Origin: Azolla caroliniana
Taxonomy: Eukaryota > Plantae > Polypodiophyta
DNA: 14,351 bases
NCBI GenBank assembly: GCA_043228905.1
Contig: JBHGNT010000874.1
Location: 1-14,351, forward strand
Direction: 5' to 3'
The notes below the pieces were generated by a model. The model searched no databases. It saw only the letters and a list, made by a program, of their open reading frames with translations, and was not told the origin of the DNA. Below are positions 8,662 to 14,351 of the stretch, piece by piece. How positions within the stretch are numbered: position 1 is the first letter of the stretch; every line of letters starts with the position of its first letter. The translations under genes were made by a program, and so were the position numbers.

Positions 8662-9642
8662 AGGGTGTCATTCCTTAATGCATGCTTATGTTGATACACC
8701 TAATTGATTATTATTCTACCTATTTTTTAATTACACAAATTATCTTCTCCCTTTCTTAAGATTTTCTTATGATTTTCATCTACCCACCCACACTTCACTA
8801 TCTTTTAAACCTTAATTTTTATGTTCATCTACACTATTTATGTGTGTTTCCCTATTGGGTAACGATTTTGTGTAGACTATTTTTTTTGTATGGAGTGAGC
8901 ATCATGCCGTTTTTTTTTAACGATTTTTTCTAACAGATCATCTACGTTTAACTCATATTATCGAGCCTTAGAACTCGAGTAAAACCACATGAGTTCCTCT
9001 ATTGATGTTTCTTCATGGATTTGAGTACCACATCTTTGCGTATCAATTTGTGGCGTATGTCACAATTGTGCAAATAACAACCATCATATTGGGATGTATA
9101 TGTGCATACCTCGCACCTCCCATTTATTTGTGACATTGTTTTTTTAGTAGGTAGCACATGGGTTTTGTGACCCTTGTTTTCGTCACTGCTTGCTTCTAAT
9201 GGGTAGTGCCTTATTTGATCATTTTTATTATCACATTTGCTTGTTACTCGCAACACTAGAATATTACTTGCGAGTGCACTTGTTTTTTTCACGTAATACA
9301 CTTTCTCGACCATATCAATACATGTTGGGTTGACATTCTAATATAAGGCTAACTAGAAAACTACATTGATGTTAGAACCATGGTTGAGCCTCGAGGAGCC
9401 GCCATGATTATTCAAGATAGAGATCCGAGAAAGACATCTTAGTTATGTTTTCCCCCATGGCTTTTAAAACACCATAGTGTTACCATAGTTATCGGATCTC
9501 AAATCACATCTCATATGTCTAGAGGGGTAAAGACGTGAGATGCTTTCTTGGTAAAGTTCTTCCAATCAAAATTTCAAGCATTCATTTTGCTTGTGTATTT
9601 TTTGAACCTCCTTATTTATATTGCATAACCACAACTTGCATC

Positions 9643-11205
9643 ATGGAACAAGTTTTGAACGTTGTTGGAGCAATCTCTCCGACCGAGACCTCTCAACTCC
9701 AATCTGCATCTCACACACAAGCCGTGATAACTATCGAGCAATTGCTCACTACTACCTTGAATCAATTGGCCGAAATGAGGCAGACAAATATGGCATTGGA
9801 AAAGAAATTCCAAGAATTGACTATTGAGTCCAAGAAAGAAGTTGAGCCTTCTTTTGTAGTAACGCCATTGAAGGGAGATAAGAAAGAAAGAAAGAACCGA
9901 GGAGGCCATTAGCACTTGGCTTGGTCGTTGGGAGTCTCGCTTTGAGCTCCACCCCAAGCCCGATGCTGTAAAAATTGGTTATGTCGGTCGTGAGTTAGGT
10001 GGCCGAGCTGCTACTTGGTGGCGCGGCCTAAGGACTGCAAATAACTTACCCACAACCTGGGAACATTTCGTTGATGTTTTTAAGAAATAGTTTTTGCAAC
10101 CACCTTCTCAAACTGAACAAGCGCAACACTTGCTCACGTTGTCGAGTAAGTCATTTACCTCTCTCGAGGATTATGTGCATCATGCTTGGACCAAGTTCCA
10201 AAAATCGGGACTTCCGAGTGAGAAATGGTTTGTTGCTTGCTTTTTGAATGGTATTCCTAATGGGGATTACCATTGGATTGTCCATAACAAGGACCCCACA
10301 ACTTTTGAGGAAGCCGTCAACATTGTACTTCGGTACCATAGGACTTCCAAGAAAGACCACAATAAACCTGAGTTCGCCAAAACTCCGAATGTCAAGTTCA
10401 TTGGGAAACGTAAGCAATCCAATGACACTTTGGACCGCGACTCCAAGAAACCGAACCTCTTCTGTGCATATTGCAAGAAGCGGGGCCACACAAAGGATAC
10501 CTGTTGTTGTCTTGAGAGGAAGTCAATGAACACCCCTCCTCAAGACAAATCTACGAGTCACACAGGTGAGTCTTTTGATGTTGTTGAAGTTCATACCAAC
10601 CACTTAAGTTCATGTGAATGCACTTTCCCTTCACATTTACTTGGACCTAATGATTTACTCCGATCAGTCGAGTATATCAATGGAACATAAGCACATTTCT
10701 TGTTTGATTCTGGTAGTTCTCACAATTTTCTTAATGATCACTTTGTGTAGCAAATGGAACTCCACATAAACGCAAGTGATCATATCTATCAAGTTCACAT
10801 GGCAAATGCAAACCTTCAATACATCAGTGGTATTGTTTGTCAAGTGCCAATTCAAATAGATACCTATTTGGAGAAGCTTGACTTTCATGTTATGAAATTG
10901 CAATCCGCAGATGTTATTTTAGGATACCCTTGGTTTTTTAATAAAAACCCTTCTTTGTCCATAGATTGGGTTAATCACTCAATCACATTTGAACTTAATA
11001 ATTGTAAACATTTTATTCAATGTTCCAAACTTCCTTCTCGTTCACTTGTGTCTTCTAAATCTTTAAGTGAGTATTCTAGTTCATTAATTTATTCGTGTGT
11101 AATTGATCCTGCGCTTCAATTTTATTATTTTAATATTGATGCCACACCATTACCACATTATGAACAACAATTACTCGACTCTATTTTAGATTATTTTCAA
11201 GATGT
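9643..11205 (+). pseudogene. Ty3/gypsy (chromovirus-like) gag-protease, degenerate
   Basis: Gag ...ELGGRAATWWRGL..LPTTWEHFVDVFKK*FLQP (frameshift near the AAAG repeats at ~9895, stop 10088-10090); CCHC knuckle CAYCKKRGHTKDTC; aspartic protease FLFDSGSSHNFL and DVILGYPWF; stops at 10688 and 10748; ends ...DYFQD at the insertion. Confidence 0.9.
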
Positions 11206-11959
11206 TGTCGTGATGTGGCATGTTTAATGCAGGAAAAAGTGAAAAATTGAGGATACATGCACATTACACAAATACTTGTAAAAATGAAAATAATAATAAA
11301 TAAACTTAGGACATGATGGTACTGAGTGCATATTGAGGGTTGCAAGTAGGATTTGAACCTTGCACGTCTAAGGTAAGAAGCAATTATCATACCACTAAAG
11401 CTATTACTACATGCTTTACATTTTGAATATTTTCTTTTCATATTCAGTATTTCATAGGTTGCAAACAGTCAAAACCATGGTTTTTAGCCCATGGTTTTGT
11501 GCATGTCATAAGCAAAATTGTGTGCACAAAACCATGGTTTTAGCCCATGGTTTGTGCATGTCACAAGCATGGAGAGACCTATAAAAGCCTCTAGTAAGGC
11601 TTGTGTAAGGGGGGGCTCAATATGTGATATCACCAACACCACTATCATAAATATAATTGTTGAGAATCAACCTCAACTTGGTCTAGTGTGTGAACTCACC
11701 TTGAGAGTGAATAGACACTCCAACGGTCAAGAGTCACCACTATGTCACCACTTTGTATTCTAGCATTTAGTATGAGTTATAAAATCATATTCTATGACAC
11801 ATAACTTATGAGCTTTCACATTCCCCATGCTCCATGAGTCTTGTAGTTAATGAAGAGAGAGGGTGACTATATAAAGCACCCTCCTCCCACTTTGTATAAT
11901 GTTGAGTCTTTCTCTTTTGTTAATATAATTTTTACCTTGCGTATTTTCTGTGTATTACT

Positions 11960-12003
<44 letters not shown>

Positions 12004-12251
12004 CACACACAGTTCACACCTATTCCGCTACACAAGAATCATATCTGATTCGTTACAATAATTATATTCATCTTTATCTTCTTCATGTTTTTCTACTTCT
12101 CAAGTGTACAATCTTTCTTCTTCTCAAGTGAACAAATTTCATCCAATCTTACATTGATCGTCATCTCTTCGATAATTCTGCGAACGTCCTCCCCAATCCA
12201 AGACCCTGGTGGTCGCTCGAGTAGCACACGCACGCACGAATCTTCGCGACA
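11206..12251 (+). mobile_element. Solo LTR (1046 bp) inserted in the gypsy pol, 4-bp TSD ATGT/ACGT
   Basis: Termini TGTCGTGA...TCGCGACA. Removing it plus one TSD copy restores CAA GAC GTG TTT CCT (QDVFP) in frame. Contains TATATAAA at ~11868, a (CT)n tract, and an internal ~45-bp duplication (11470-11569). No PBS, PPT or coding sequence. Confidence 0.88.
11963..12000. repeat. (CT)n microsatellite
   Basis: About 19 perfect TC units. Confidence 0.95.
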
Positions 12252-13068
12252 ACGTGTTTCCTAACGAATTGTCGCTTACTTTACCACCACAACGTAATGT
12301 GGACCATGAAATTGAACTCCTCCCCGGTGCTACTCCTGTGAGCATTCCACCTTACTGGCTTAGTCGATTAGAAGAGGATGATATCGCTAAACAACTTAAG
12401 GAATACTTGAGTATGGGCCACATTAGGTATAGTAAATCACCTTGGGGTGCGCCAGTTCTATTAGTTAAGAAGGAAGGTTGATGGCGAATGTGTATCAATC
12501 ATCGCCGTTTGAATAAAATGACAATTAAAAATGCATCTCCGTTACCTCGTGTCGATGATTTGATTGATCGCTTGCATGGGCCCTGATATTTTACGAAAAT
12601 TGACTTATGAACAGGTTATCATCAGATTCAAATTGTCGAGGATGATATTCCTAAAACTGTTTTTCGTACGCGCTATGGCCATTATGAGTTTTTAGTCATG
12701 CCTTTTGGGTTGACTAATGCTCCAGCCACATTCCAACAAGCGATGAATGTCGTTTTTCGAGATCAACTTAGTGATTTTGTTGTCGTCTTCTTGGATGATA
12801 TTTTGATATGTAGTCGTACCTTGCAAGATCATGTTCAACATGTTCGATTTGTTTTGCAAAAGTTGCATGACAACTCTTTTTATGCAAAACACTCAAAATG
12901 TGATTTTTTCCAAAAATCTATTGTGTACCTAGGTCATTTAATTACGGAAAATGGTGCTGAAATTGAACCTTCTCATATTGAAAAGATTAAACTTTGCCCC
13001 ATTCCTCGTAATATTCGTGAACTGCGATCATTCTTAGGGTTTGTTGGATTTTTACGAAAATCAATTCG
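12252..13068 (+). pseudogene. Ty3/gypsy reverse transcriptase, degenerate (continuation of the 9643-11205 element)
   Basis: [129 protein letters not shown]. Several TGA stops; truncated by an insertion. Confidence 0.95.
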
Positions 13069-13379
13069 TGTTAAAAATTAGGTAAGTAATTAAGGAAGGG
13101 TTAATTAGTACCTAATTATGTGATTAACTTAATAAGCGGAAGATTAATTGATATGTGTGTGTATGTGTGTGAGAGGAAGAGAGAGAGAGAGAGAGAGAGA
13201 TACTTATGAACAACACAAGATGGGGGATGAGTAACTATATTAAATTAGCATTATGATCATCAAATACAAAAATACCCACAATGAGGTATATATACATCTC
13301 ATGTGCAAAGGTGCACATGTGTGAGTGGAATATAGGTACTAAGGTGTAAGTCCTATATTAAATGTACTTAGGAGTGGAG
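13069..13379 (-). mobile_element. Probable LTR fragment in inverted orientation interrupting the gypsy RT
   Basis: Begins TGTTAA exactly at the RT breakpoint. On the minus strand it shows TATATA followed by a (CT)n tract (plus-strand (GA)n 13178-13200), the same layout as the solo LTR. It could instead be the 5' part of one longer LTR 13069-13786. Confidence 0.5.
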
Positions 13380-13786
13380 TGTTGAGCGACAAGCTCAACC
13401 GGATTCGGATTGGCATCCGGAAGGATGAAGCCGGACCGGTGAGCAAGTGAACCGGTGAGCTGGGGAGCCGGTTAGCCAGATCCAGCAGTAACCGGAAGCC
13501 TAGCAGTAGCCTAGACTACTAGGTAGTTAATAGTCTCGTAGTTAGTGTCAGACGCTCGAGTGAGCATTGAAGTATGCGGTACTTCTGTCAGTCCTCTTAG
13601 GACTTGTATAAATAGTGTTGTTGAGCACGTTTCATGTACAGTGTATTACAGAGAACTATTATTGTTTGGTAATAGATTAGTAACGTTTTGCTCATTCTCT
13701 GTCTTTCCCGCATACTGTCAAGCTCTCCATTAAACTTGTGTTTCTGTGTTCGGTTTTCTATTGCTTCCGCATGCTATTCTTTTACA
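13380..13786 (+). mobile_element. 5' LTR of Ty1/copia element
   Basis: TGTTGAGC...TTTTACA, TATAAATA at ~13607, followed directly by PBS and gag. The left boundary is less certain than the right. Confidence 0.65.
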
Positions 13787-13796
13787 TGGTATCAGA
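13787..13796 (+). other. Primer binding site (tRNA-iMet)
   Basis: TGGTATCAGA immediately after the LTR-terminal CA. Confidence 0.88.
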
Positions 13797-13875
13797 CCAC
13801 GAGGGTTGAGAACCTCTGCAACCGACCTTAGCTCAAGAAGAAAACCTAACCTTCGTAAAGAACAGGAAAAACAAA

Positions 13876-14351
13876 ATGGACAGAGGAATGGCTAGCCTAA
13901 CCTAACCTTCGTAAAGTGGAGAAGCTCGACAAAACCAACTACGCATCTTGGTATTACAAGATGCACTAGTACATGCTTGGGCATGGTTACTAGAGCTATG
14001 TCGACGGAGCTAACGACACAACACCTGATGCGACACACAAGGACTTCCCTGTGTGGGAACAAGCGGCAAGCAGAGTGATCTACTACTTTGCATCTAGTGT
14101 TGGAGACCAGCTACTGAGCCATATCCGAGACGCCAAGACACCCAAAGAAGCTTGGGGAAATCTGAAAAAGGTCTTTGCCGAAAGCACTACAGCCAGGAAG
14201 CTTCAACTCAGGCAAGAGTTGAGCAATGTACGACAACGAGATATGTTGATGGCTGACTACACCACTAAGATTAAAGAAATTTGCGACTCACTCGCCTCTG
14301 TCAATGTGAACGTTGAGGAGGACGAGATGGTGCAGGCTTGTCTTGGCGGGT
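13876..14351 (+). pseudogene. Ty1/copia gag (UBN2-type), with in-frame stops, runs off the window
   Basis: EKLDKTNYASWYYKMH*YMLGHGY*SYVDG...IRDAKTPKEAWGNLKKVFAESTTARKLQLRQELSNVRQRDMLMADYTTKIKEICDSLASVNVNVEEDEMVQACLGG; stops at 13967 and 13991. Confidence 0.92.

Noticed and set aside
9032-9053. ATCTTTGCG...AATTTGTGG resembling U4 5' end and an Sm site
   Set aside because: Only 9 nt match, the motifs are adjacent rather than ~120 nt apart, and there is no USE/TATA.
9370-9560. Candidate 5' LTR of the gypsy element (TGTTAG...CGTGAGA, then TGGTAAAG)
   Set aside because: No terminal CA, no inverted termini and no convincing PBS; boundaries cannot be supported.

Overview
This is land-plant nuclear DNA, probably from a large-genome non-seed plant such as a fern (inference from repeat style only). 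The left ~4.4 kb is a small gene island. It holds a U2 snRNA gene (+, 887-~1090) and a U1 snRNA gene (-, ~2068-2232) facing each other, each with a plant-type USE and TATA box, plus an intronless DAD1-like phospholipase A1 gene (-, 2604-4214). Upstream of the lipase is a ~1.46 kb non-autonomous TIR/TA-target (Tc1/mariner-pogo-like) element carrying a (TG)n-containing minisatellite. The rest (6423-end) is a nested stack of decayed LTR retrotransposons: a Bianca-like Copia (-), an LTR+PBS element, a chromovirus-type Ty3/gypsy split by a solo LTR with a 4-bp TSD, an inverted LTR fragment, and a further Copia. The most unusual observation is that both snRNA promoters place the USE at -65 with only 21-22 bp to the TATA box. 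That is the spacing that specifies Pol III (U6/U3) in angiosperms, yet these are normally Pol II genes and neither has an oligo-dT terminator.
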